This document shows, one piece after another, positions 1 to 8,341 of a DNA stretch of 64,000 bases. Position 1 is the stretch's first letter; each line of letters opens with the position of its first letter. The notes below the pieces were generated by a model that was not told the DNA's origin, did no database searches, and worked only from the letters and a program-made list of their open reading frames with translations. Position numbers and translations under genes: made by a program. Source of the stretch: Anaerohalosphaeraceae bacterium (lineage in GTDB: Bacteria > Planctomycetota > Phycisphaerae > Sedimentisphaerales > Anaerohalosphaeraceae); assembly GCA_963675525.2 (NCBI GenBank), contig CAXXSL010000011.1:609635-673634 (forward strand). The letters run 5' to 3'.

Positions 1-255
1 TTCCGGTATCAGCGGAACAGCTTCTGGATCGACTTCCGTCACTCTTTTTGTATCCGTTCCGTGCTCATCTTCCGGAATTATCTCATTGATTGATACAGCC
101 TCATTACCGTTTTCCGGTTCCGTTTCTTTCCTGGAAGTCTTCACAACGATCACAATGCCCACAACAAGAACCAGTAGCGTCAATGCGATGGTGCGTATCC
201 GCCGCTGTTGTTCCTGTTTACGTGTTCGATAGGGTCGATATTTTCGTCTGGCCAA
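1..255 (-). CDS. Partial membrane-anchored protein (N-terminus only; runs off the window)
   Basis: TTG start at 255 preceded by GGAGG; manual translation MARRKYRPYRTRKQEQQRRIRTIALTLLVLVVGIVIVV gives a basic N-terminus, one TM helix and an acidic linker; frame stays open to base 1. Confidence 0.7.
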   Translation of the reverse strand, partial: MARRKYRPYRTRKQEQQRRIRTIALTLLVLVVGIVIVVKTSRKETEPENGNEAVSINEIIPEDEHGTDTKRVTEVDPEAVPLIPE

Positions 256-271
256 AATTAGTCCTCCGTGT

Positions 272-844
272 TTATTTGTCCGTACAGATTAGAATCCCTT
301 GTTCAGTCACAATCGCATGAACCGGCACATCATCTTTGTCATGGGGAACAGCCTCGCATAATTGCTCAGAGAACCCGATACCCCAACGCGTCGCGGCAAT
401 TTGGTGCGTCGTAAAGAACCGGTCATAATAAGCGCCGCCGCGGCCTAATCGGTTGCCCTGCTTGTCAAATCCGAGTCCCGGTGTGATTACCAGATCGATA
501 TCTTCAAACGGCACAGGATTGCCGCCGATGGGATTTCGCAATCCTTTTTCATCCGCCTTCACCCCGGTCTCAAGCGAGGTGATCTCAACCGGAATCATAT
601 GCCGCTGTTCCCATGAAACCTTCGGCACCGCCACGGTTTTGCCGCACTGCCATGCATGAAGGATCAAGGGCGTTGTTTCCACTTCATGCGGCATCGACAA
701 AAAGGCCATCACCACTGACGCCTTCTGAAACACCTCCGAATCAACAATATACCGACAGACCGCCTTGCTGCGTTCGATTCTGTCATCCTTGCCGATTTGC
801 ATGAGCCTTGTTTTCAACTCATGCCGCAACGTGCCTTTATCCAT
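272..844 (-). CDS. 5-formyltetrahydrofolate cyclo-ligase (YgfA/Fau family)
   Basis: DLVITPGLGFDKQGNRLGRGGAYYDR signature; HDVPV-like C-terminus. Confidence 0.95.
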   Translation of the reverse strand: MDKGTLRHELKTRLMQIGKDDRIERSKAVCRYIVDSEVFQKASVVMAFLSMPHEVETTPLILHAWQCGKTVAVPKVSWEQRHMIPVEITSLETGVKADEKGLRNPIGGNPVPFEDIDLVITPGLGFDKQGNRLGRGGAYYDRFFTTHQIAATRWGIGFSEQLCEAVPHDKDDVPVHAIVTEQGILICTDK

Positions 845-924
845 CCCAAAATACCTTAATTTAGCAATATATTAATGAAACCGGCCGAAAAACAGATTTC
901 GATGTCATTTCGAACGCTCCCATT

Positions 925-951
925 GTCATCCCGAGCGGAGCCGAGGGATCT
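925..951. repeat. GTCATCC-type REP-like palindrome
   Basis: GTCATCCCGAGCGGAGCCGAGGGATCT; near-identical copy at 3303-3329, related copy at 54215-54241. Confidence 0.85.
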
Positions 952-1002
952 ATTTAAACAGCTATCGCCAAAGGCGATTCCACAATTTCACTCTTTAATT
1001 TT

Positions 1003-2358
1003 TCACTTTTGATTTAACTCTTGTACTTGATTTCGCAGTTTTTGTAAATATTCGGCGACAATTTTTTCTCTCCCTATATTTTTCGGCTGATAATAGGGTT
1101 TTTCGAGACTTTTTCCCAGATAATCCTGCGGCACATAGCCGGATGGACTGTTATGCGGGTATTTGTAGTCCAAACCATGCCCCAACTTCTTCGCTCCGGC
1201 GTAGTGCGCATCCCGTAAATGGGCCGGAACCGGGATCGTTCGACCGTTTTTGACGTCGCCGCACGCCGTCCAGATCGCATTGGCACAGGCATTGGATTTC
1301 GGGGCACAGGCAATATAGATCGCCGCCTGCGCCAGCGGCAGTTGGGCTTCCGGAAAGCCCACAAACTCGGCGATCTGCACCGCCGAAGCCGCCAGGATCG
1401 TCGCCATCGGGTCGGCATTGCCCACATCCTCAGCGGCACAAACCGCAATGCGCCGGGCAATAAACCGCAGGTCCTCGCCCCCGACGATCATCCGCGCCAG
1501 CCAGTACACCGTCGCATCCGGGTCCGAACCCCGCATCGACTTTTGCAGCGCACTGGCAAGGTCATAATGCGTATCGCCCGTACCGTCATATTGGATCGCC
1601 TTCCGCTGGACCGATTCCTTCGCAACCTCCAGCGTCAGCTTAATGCCCTTTTTCTTACCCGCCTTGGCTTGCGACAAAACCGCCACTTCCAGTGCCGTCA
1701 GTGCCTTTCGCGCATCCCCGTCACAGATCTCCGCCAAAAACTCCAGCGCTGTAGGCTCGGCCTCGATCTTCATCGCACCCAGCCCCTTTTCCGTATCCGC
1801 CATCGCCCGATTCAAGAGCCCCAGAACATCGTCCTTGCTTAACGCCTCAAACGCAAAAACCGTGCTCCGGCTGATCAACGGCGAGTTCACCGAAAAATAC
1901 GGGTTCTCCGTTGTCGCACCGATCAGTGTCACAATTCCGTTTTCCACATCGTCCAGCAAAACATCCTGCTGCGCGCGGTTGAAGCGGTGGATTTCGTCAA
2001 TGAACAGCAGCGTCTTGGTACCGTTCGTAATCAGCCGGTCCTTGGCCGCCGCGATAATTTCCCGCACGTCCTTGACCGACGCCGCCGGGGCGCTGAGATA
2101 GTAAAATTTCGCTTGAATAGAATTGGCCACGATCCGGGCCAGTGTCGTCTTGCCCGTTCCCGGCGGACCGTAGAAAATCAGGCTGGTAACGCTGCCCGCC
2201 TCCAGCATCCGCCGCAGGAGTTTGCCCTCGCCGGCAAAATGCTCCTGCCCCGCAAAATCCGCCAGCGTTTCCGGACGCATCCGAACCGCCAACGGCGCAT
2301 GCACCGCAAGACGCTCCCGCTCACCCGCACTAAACAAATTATCCCCAGCCTTCGCCAT
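1003..2358 (-). CDS. rarA: Replication-associated recombination protein A (MgsA/RarA AAA+ ATPase)
   Basis: PLAVRMRP, GPPGTGKTT, FIDEIHRFNRAQQD, GATTENP, KSMRGSDPDA, YKYPH. Confidence 0.97.
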   Translation of the reverse strand: MAKAGDNLFSAGERERLAVHAPLAVRMRPETLADFAGQEHFAGEGKLLRRMLEAGSVTSLIFYGPPGTGKTTLARIVANSIQAKFYYLSAPAASVKDVREIIAAAKDRLITNGTKTLLFIDEIHRFNRAQQDVLLDDVENGIVTLIGATTENPYFSVNSPLISRSTVFAFEALSKDDVLGLLNRAMADTEKGLGAMKIEAEPTALEFLAEICDGDARKALTALEVAVLSQAKAGKKKGIKLTLEVAKESVQRKAIQYDGTGDTHYDLASALQKSMRGSDPDATVYWLARMIVGGEDLRFIARRIAVCAAEDVGNADPMATILAASAVQIAEFVGFPEAQLPLAQAAIYIACAPKSNACANAIWTACGDVKNGRTIPVPAHLRDAHYAGAKKLGHGLDYKYPHNSPSGYVPQDYLGKSLEKPYYQPKNIGREKIVAEYLQKLRNQVQELNQK

Positions 2359-2519
2359 AAGCCGACATTATACGCCAAACCTCGGACAAAGTCCAAACAC
2401 AATAACAAACTCTCGCCCTGATAGGGGCTGCCTTTTCAGCTTGCAATCAGTCGAAAATTGGATACAATGTTGACCAGCAAACCAAAGTAAAAAAAGGACG
2501 GGCTGATACGATAGACACA

Positions 2520-3155
2520 ATGAACACAAAACAGGAGATAACACGCCTCTTTTATGCGGACGCATCCTTCTGGGCACTAACCGGTTCCAATCTGGTGGTC
2601 ATCGTGTGGGCGCTCATCGAGCAATGGTCACTGTCGCCCCTGATGTGGATTTATTGGTGCCAAAGTGTCGTCATCGGTATCTTCTGGTTTTTTAAGATAC
2701 TCGGGCTCAGGCAGTTCTCTACCAAAGATTTGAAGATTAACGATCACTCTGTGCCACCGACGAAAGATACAAGAAACCAGACCGCTGTATTTTTTCTGAT
2801 GCATTACGGCTTTTTTCATTTGGTGTATTTTATCTTTTTGGTGGTCGATTTCAGGATTGACTCAATCTTTGAAGTGATAACAGCAGCAGGCATCTTCGTG
2901 CTCTACCAGGGCTATTCCTTTTTCTACAATCAAAAATGGCTGACAAAAACAAAGCCGAATATCGGCAAGATGATGCTTTTTCCCTATGCCCGCGTGATCC
3001 CCATGCACCTGACGATTCTCTTTGCCGGAGCAATAATGAATGTCTTTTCCGGATCAATTTGGGTGCAGCGACCGGCACTGGTCCTGTTCCTGCTCTTGAA
3101 ACTGACCGCTGACGCCATTATGCATGTCGTCGAACAAAAAGGCTTCAGCGATTAA
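2520..3155 (+). CDS. Multi-pass membrane protein (DUF6498-like)
   Basis: Hydrophobic helices; LMWIYWCQSVVIG, FFLMHYGFFH and PYARVIPMHLTI motifs. Confidence 0.75.
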   Translation: MNTKQEITRLFYADASFWALTGSNLVVIVWALIEQWSLSPLMWIYWCQSVVIGIFWFFKILGLRQFSTKDLKINDHSVPPTKDTRNQTAVFFLMHYGFFHLVYFIFLVVDFRIDSIFEVITAAGIFVLYQGYSFFYNQKWLTKTKPNIGKMMLFPYARVIPMHLTILFAGAIMNVFSGSIWVQRPALVLFLLLKLTADAIMHVVEQKGFSD

Positions 3156-3176
3156 TCATATAATATCCACCGTTAT

Positions 3177-3508
3177 GTAGGGTGCGCCATGCCCACGCGG
3201 GCTTCTTATAGAGGGTCACCAATCGTCGTAGAACTTGTCCTGTCACTTGTCATAGCTTTAGCGTAGATGGATGCCATGCGAATGCGCCCGAGCATTACAA
3301 ATGTCATCCCGAGCGAAGCCGAGGGATCTATTAAAACAGGAAAATTCCATAATCCCGGAGGGATTATAACAATAATAGCCCCGGGTAAGCGCCAGCGCAA
3401 CCCGGGGAAAACAAAACCCAAAACAACCCACAACCCCGGAGGGGTTGAATAAATCGTCATTCGTCAATATACAATTAAAAATTTAAAGCCCACCGACCCG
3501 GAAGGGGT
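3177..3508. repeat. Cluster of REP-like palindromes between convergent genes
   Basis: GTAGGGTGCGCCATGCCCACG (3177), GTCATCCCGAGCGAAGCCGAGGGATCT (3303-3329), ATCCCGGAGGGAT, CCCCGGGT..ACCCGGGG, AACCCCGGAGGGGTT. Confidence 0.8.
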
Positions 3509-4009
3509 TCATTCCGTTGCAAAAAAGGCCTTGTGGAATTCCACCACCCCCGCGGGAATTCCATTGCCGAATGATAAGGCAAGAAGATTCTCCGCCGGGA
3601 CACCTTCGTGTTTCAGCTCAGTTGAGCTTTTGAAACCAAAGCGTCCATAATAGCCGGGGTCACCAACAAGAACACACCCCGCAGCACCCAAATCTTTTAA
3701 CAAGTTCAGACCTTCATGAACAAGTTTTGTTCCGATACCCTGTTTCTGACAATCCGGCAATACAGACACCGGGCCCAGACCATACCAATTCTTGCTTCCA
3801 TCGCTAAACGTAACAGGCGAAAACCCGATATGCCCCACCACGTCGCCGTCCACTTCCGCAACCAGTGAAACAGTCAGTGCTCCGGCAGTTCGCAACGCAG
3901 TGATAATAAATTGCTCCGTATTCCGGCTAAACGGATGATTCTCAAACGCCGCCTCCGTAACAGCACCGATCGCCCCAACATCCGACGGCTTTTCCTGACG
4001 TATAATCAT
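3509..4009 (-). CDS. GNAT N-acetyltransferase (YhbS-like)
   Basis: VVGHIGFSPV, LGPVSVLPDCQKQGIGTKL, LVGDPGYYGRFGF. Confidence 0.93.
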   Translation of the reverse strand: MIIRQEKPSDVGAIGAVTEAAFENHPFSRNTEQFIITALRTAGALTVSLVAEVDGDVVGHIGFSPVTFSDGSKNWYGLGPVSVLPDCQKQGIGTKLVHEGLNLLKDLGAAGCVLVGDPGYYGRFGFKSSTELKHEGVPAENLLALSFGNGIPAGVVEFHKAFFATE

Positions 4010-5951
4010 AAATCAAATCCCTCAAAAAACATCCCTGAAACATGTAGGGTGGGCCTGTGGCCCACCATTCTTTCCGGCCTGAAAGACCAGAGTATTTTAG
4101 CCCAGCCCAACGGACTGGGTTAAGAGAACACCCTCCCCATCTTTCCCCGCACCGAAGGTGCAATATACCATAGCCCAGGGCAACGCCCTGGGGCAAGAGA
4201 ACAGCCCCGCCGTCTTCCCGCCCTGAAGGGGCAGCATAATAAGACACCTTTATTGACTCCTCATTGGAAACCAACAAAAGGGCCGCATCATAATGCCTTT
4301 TGAGGCATTGTTTCATTTTGCTTATCTCGTCAGTCACATCTTTTCTGTGTTGCACGTTTTCCGAGGTATCTTTACTCATCAACTTACTGTCTATAGAAGC
4401 CATACGATTGTAAATCCTATATATAAAATCTGATAGAATGAGATTGGTTTCAAAAAGCTGGGGCTTAGAATCTATGCCGTTTGTTCTGCATTCTTCGATC
4501 GTTTGATCGAAAGCTTTTATTATTGCATCTTCAATAATAGGTGGCATAAAATCATCACTCCAAAAAACATTTCTTGGTGTTCCCGTAAACATCACTCCTT
4601 CACATGATATGACACTACCATCACACTTTGTTACTTTAACTGGTACTCCGGCGTTAATAAAAACCCAAGGTTTTAATTTTTCATTATCAATTTTGTCATA
4701 AAGATCATCCACTCTTTTCTTTATTCGAGGACGTAATTGAGTTATTCTATCTTCATCAGATATTGATGTTTCAGTAAATTTAGTAGGATTCTCTTGTTTA
4801 GCCGGTAATTTCGGTTTGAGCCAATAATTTTGAATCTTATCGATGGCATCAGTAAATGCCCCGAATCCAATGACGATAGCAAAAACTATAAGCAAAACAC
4901 AAATGAGCCAATTATTTTTGCACCACTCAATGATATGTTCATATTTTGTTTTGCCGTCCTTTGATTCTGCCGTATTTATATTTCCACTCTTTATGGAATC
5001 ATGAGGCATTGGATCTGTTTGTTTTAGTGTTTCAAGTATTTGAGGCCAACTCATTTTTGGTGTTTGCTCTGGACTAATTCCGCACTTTGTAATCAAAACC
5101 CCTTCAATTTCATTAACATATGGGCAAGCAACCGTTGCTTTAGGTATCCATTTCTGTATAATTTTAAGATCAATTTCATTAAGAAAATAATACTGTGTTT
5201 GATTCATGTAATCAGAAGTAACTGTCTCTCGTTTCTGCCAAGGATACATAAACTTTTGATTTCTTTTTTTTATTGATTTTTTATTTTTTCTTTCGCTCGA
5301 ACCACCTTCATATTCATTCAATCTTTCACAAGAATTCAAGGTTTCTGTTTCATTTTTTTGGCTCTGCCCGTTTGGTTGTACTTGATCATTGTAATCAACT
5401 CCTAATTCTTGAAGATTTTTGACCAACTCATAGGATTCAGTCGTAAGAGAAAACCTGTTCAGTTGAGGCCCTCCTGAAACTATATTAAAGCTAATTAATC
5501 CCTTCCTTTCTAACTCTTTTAAAAAAGTATAGGCCGATTTCTGATCTTTCTTGAATAAGAGCAAATAATCGCTTTTCGCTGTCATATCAAGCTGGATCAA
5601 ATCGTATGGCTCAGACAACCGATTCAAATTAAGTATTGCCCGATTGATATATTCGCTGGCTTTTTTGGGAAAGTCATTCAATATGTCATCCAAAGAAACC
5701 CTCGGAAGATCAAGGACTTTATTGTCTAAATCAGTCGTTTTGTCAATTGCTATCCCGGGTAATTTTTTCAACCTTCTTTCATTCAATACACAAGCTATTT
5801 TGAATTTCTCGTCAGGAGACTTATCTGCATCGCCAAATGATCTATCTAATAGATACTTGCCGCAACAGGGACAATCGTACAGTGTCGAATAACTTAAAGT
5901 AGGTAATTCGTCAGCAGTTGCCTCATTTTTACAAAAAGCACATACGCCCAT
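3942..5951 (-). CDS. AT-rich multidomain hypothetical protein (N-terminal CxxC..CxxC, central TM helix); last ~100 codons run through repeat DNA
   Basis: Long ORF with CAFC/CPCC and TM segment WLICVLLIVFAIVIGFGAF; residues after ~4240 translate palindromic repeats and overlap the GNAT gene. Confidence 0.75.
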   Translation of the reverse strand: MGVCAFCKNEATADELPTLSYSTLYDCPCCGKYLLDRSFGDADKSPDEKFKIACVLNERRLKKLPGIAIDKTTDLDNKVLDLPRVSLDDILNDFPKKASEYINRAILNLNRLSEPYDLIQLDMTAKSDYLLLFKKDQKSAYTFLKELERKGLISFNIVSGGPQLNRFSLTTESYELVKNLQELGVDYNDQVQPNGQSQKNETETLNSCERLNEYEGGSSERKNKKSIKKRNQKFMYPWQKRETVTSDYMNQTQYYFLNEIDLKIIQKWIPKATVACPYVNEIEGVLITKCGISPEQTPKMSWPQILETLKQTDPMPHDSIKSGNINTAESKDGKTKYEHIIEWCKNNWLICVLLIVFAIVIGFGAFTDAIDKIQNYWLKPKLPAKQENPTKFTETSISDEDRITQLRPRIKKRVDDLYDKIDNEKLKPWVFINAGVPVKVTKCDGSVISCEGVMFTGTPRNVFWSDDFMPPIIEDAIIKAFDQTIEECRTNGIDSKPQLFETNLILSDFIYRIYNRMASIDSKLMSKDTSENVQHRKDVTDEISKMKQCLKRHYDAALLLVSNEESIKVSYYAAPSGREDGGAVLLPQGVALGYGILHLRCGERWGGCSLNPVRWAGLKYSGLSGRKEWWATGPPYMFQGCFLRDLIYDYTSGKAVGCWGDRCCYGGGV
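4044..4236. repeat. REP-like hairpin cluster (GTAG- and CCCAGGGCAACGCCCTGGG-type)
   Basis: GTAGGGTGGGCCTGTGGCCCACC 4044-4066; GCACCGAAGGTGC 4149-4161; CCCAGGGCAACGCCCTGGG 4174-4192; GCCCTGAAGGGGC 4220-4232. Confidence 0.85.
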
Positions 5952-6168
5952 TATTCGTTCTCCTATATCCCCGCATTCTCAGACAAAACCCGCCCCCGCC
6001 TCCGGCCTGCCCTGAGCGAAGCCGAATGGGGCGGACCTGTCCCGCCAAAGCCTTAGCGACGGCGGACTCCTCTATTCTTGTGTTCCTGTATTCTTGAACC
6101 AAATTATACCCGACAAAGCACCGCCCGAAAAGGCGAAATTCCGCGATTCCTCCTGCACCTCCAACCGC

Positions 6169-6603
6169 TCACTCATCCCCGGTTATTTTCGCTCGCAGTT
6201 TGTACCCCAGCGTCACGCCGGCACACGACACCAGTGACCATACAACGCCGATTCCCAGCCACACTAACCAAAACACAATATCAGACAACAAAGACCCGGC
6301 AGAATTGTACGCGAGAATAAAAACGAAACTCCCAATGATAACAAAATACAGCCCCGGCGAAGAAAACAGAAATTCACCAAAGGATTTCTCGATATGCGGC
6401 TCTACCAAAAAGCCCGTGACAAGGCTGCTTAAAAAAAGACCCGCCGGGCAAAAAACGAATGCAAAAAAAGCCAGGACAGAAATAGAAGTATCACAGTGCG
6501 ACAGACTGTGCGATAGTCTTGGGTTATGAACCCCAAGCCATATCACCCCGAAATACAAACCGACCGCCAAAACCATACCAACCAGAACAGAAAAAAAACG
6601 CAT
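6169..6603 (-). CDS. Small hypothetical membrane protein (about four TM helices)
   Basis: ATG at 6603 with GGGAGG RBS; mostly hydrophobic 144 aa. Confidence 0.7.
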   Translation of the reverse strand: MRFFSVLVGMVLAVGLYFGVIWLGVHNPRLSHSLSHCDTSISVLAFFAFVFCPAGLFLSSLVTGFLVEPHIEKSFGEFLFSSPGLYFVIIGSFVFILAYNSAGSLLSDIVFWLVWLGIGVVWSLVSCAGVTLGYKLRAKITGDE

Positions 6604-6707
6604 CCAAGCCTCCCGATCAACTCCCTTTCCCTGTATACCTACATACCTACATTCCTGTATACTTGAAGAAATTATACCCGACAAACCCCCTACTAAAAGC
6701 AAAAAAC

Positions 6708-7353
6708 AGCCATCTGGAAGAAATCCACAACTAAGAACTACGAACTAAAAAGTAAGAACTAAAAACTAATAGTTTGACATTCATCTAACTTATGGTATAA
6801 TACCCAAAATTTAATAACATCCTCATAATGAGCTGAATAAGAAGGGAATTCCACCCAAATCGTCATTCGTCAACCGTCCATCGTCAATGGCAAAGGAAGG
6901 AGCAAAACCGATGAAATCAAGTATTCTATTTCCGTATCATTCCGCCTGCCGGGCCGTAGTTTTAAACGAAGGCCGGTGGCAAAGTATAAAAAAACCAAAC
7001 GAACCCAATTCCCCAGCGTATGCGATTTCGCTAAATCTCCATCAGCGAAGCGCTTATGCAGATTATACTTATGTGCCTTTAAAGCACCGAACCCAATTCG
7101 AACCCAATTCAAAGCCAATTTACCCGCGAAACACCCCCTGCTCATACATCCCAAAAACGCCGATTTTTCCCAAAAATTCGCAAAAATCCCCGTTTTTACT
7201 AGCGCCAACCCCCAAAAAAACAAACCCAATTTAAGCCCCAAGTAGCACCTCGACGCAAATGCATTATACCGCACTCAAACACACCAACGGACGCAACACC
7301 GCGGTTTTTAATAGCACCACACGAACCCAATCAAACCCAATACAAAGCCAAAT
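6708..7353 (+). repeat. Composite dispersed element, copy A (leader + promoter + CGAACCCAATT array)
   Basis: Aligns in blocks with 53948-54683. Confidence 0.85.
6774..6801 (+). promoter_or_regulatory. Sigma70-type promoter with extended -10
   Basis: TTGACA-N16-TATAAT with TGn; conserved at 54007-54034. Confidence 0.7.
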
Positions 7354-7385
7354 GATTTCGCCTTCCGGGGCCAATAAACCAATTC

Positions 7386-7414
7386 TTGCAATATCCCCCC
7401 AAAACAGGTATATT
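7386..7414 (+). promoter_or_regulatory. Putative sigma70 promoter for dapF
   Basis: TTGCAA-N17-TATATT, 36 nt upstream of the ATG. Confidence 0.4.
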
Positions 7415-7450
7415 ATTCGGAATTAGTATCTGATTGACAAGGACCCCATT

Positions 7451-8326
7451 ATGGAATTCACCAAAATGCATGGGCTGGGCAATGACTATGTGTATGTCAA
7501 TTGCTTCAACGAAACAGTCGACGATCCGGCGCAAACGGCGATTGCCGTCAGCAGCCGGCACTTCGGCATCGGCGCCGATGGCCTGATCCTGATCTGCCCC
7601 TCCGAGATCGCCGATGTGAAAATGCGAATGTTCAACGCCGACGGTTCCGAAGCCCAGATGTGCGGCAACGGCATCCGCTGCGTCGCCAAATACGTCTATG
7701 ACCACAACCTCACGCGATCCGAAACGGAATTTTCCATCCCGGGACTGGGAACGTTCCCAACGTCCCTGCAAATCGAAACCGGCCGCGGCGTCCTGACGGT
7801 CGGGCTGGATGTCGATGAAAACGACACCGTCAGCCGGGTTTGTGTGAATATGGGCCAGCCGATTCTGGAAGCGGTACAAATTCCCGTCGCCGCAGGAACC
7901 GAAACGGTCATCGACCTGCCGTTGGCCATCGAAGGTCAGGAACTATCGATGACCTGTGTCTCAATGGGTAACCCTCACGCGGTCTTTTTCTGTGAAGATT
8001 TGCACGATATCGATCTGATTCATATCGGCCCGCTCATCGAGCATCACGAATTATTTCCCGAACGAGTGAATGTGCATTTTGTCAAATCCGTCGGTCCGAA
8101 TGAATTCATTATGCAAACATGGGAACGCGGCAGCGGTATCACGCTGGCCTGCGGGACCGGTGCCTGCGCCTGTGCGGTGGCCGGCGTGCTTGCCGGCCGT
8201 TGCCAGCGACAGACAGTCGCCCATCTTCCCGGCGGCGACTTAGAGCTTTACTGGTGCGAGCAGGACAACTGCGTCTACATGACCGGCCCCGCAACAGAAG
8301 TCTTCACCGGCAACTGGCCGCGATAA
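7451..8326 (+). CDS. dapF: Diaminopimelate epimerase
   Basis: FTKMHGLGNDY, NADGSEAQMCGNGIRC, SMGNPH, ERGSGITLACGTGACA. Confidence 0.98.
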   Translation: MEFTKMHGLGNDYVYVNCFNETVDDPAQTAIAVSSRHFGIGADGLILICPSEIADVKMRMFNADGSEAQMCGNGIRCVAKYVYDHNLTRSETEFSIPGLGTFPTSLQIETGRGVLTVGLDVDENDTVSRVCVNMGQPILEAVQIPVAAGTETVIDLPLAIEGQELSMTCVSMGNPHAVFFCEDLHDIDLIHIGPLIEHHELFPERVNVHFVKSVGPNEFIMQTWERGSGITLACGTGACACAVAGVLAGRCQRQTVAHLPGGDLELYWCEQDNCVYMTGPATEVFTGNWPR

Positions 8327-8341
8327 ATATAAACGCCGCCG

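Noticed and set aside
845..1002. 6S RNA upstream of the ygfA-like gene
   Set aside because: The gap is only ~158 bp, is largely occupied by a REP-like repeat and shows no long rod-like self-complementarity.
2470..2515. c-di-GMP-I riboswitch (GCAAACC...GGACG)
   Set aside because: The GNRA-capped stem and downstream GCAAAG/P3 elements are missing.
3156..6700. Integron with attC sites
   Set aside because: No tyrosine integrase is present, and I could not identify RYYYAAC...GTTRRRY-bounded sites after the ORFs.
6997..7353. CRISPR array
   Set aside because: Repeats are 11 bp and non-palindromic, spacers are 77-111 bp and partly conserved between loci, and there are no cas genes.
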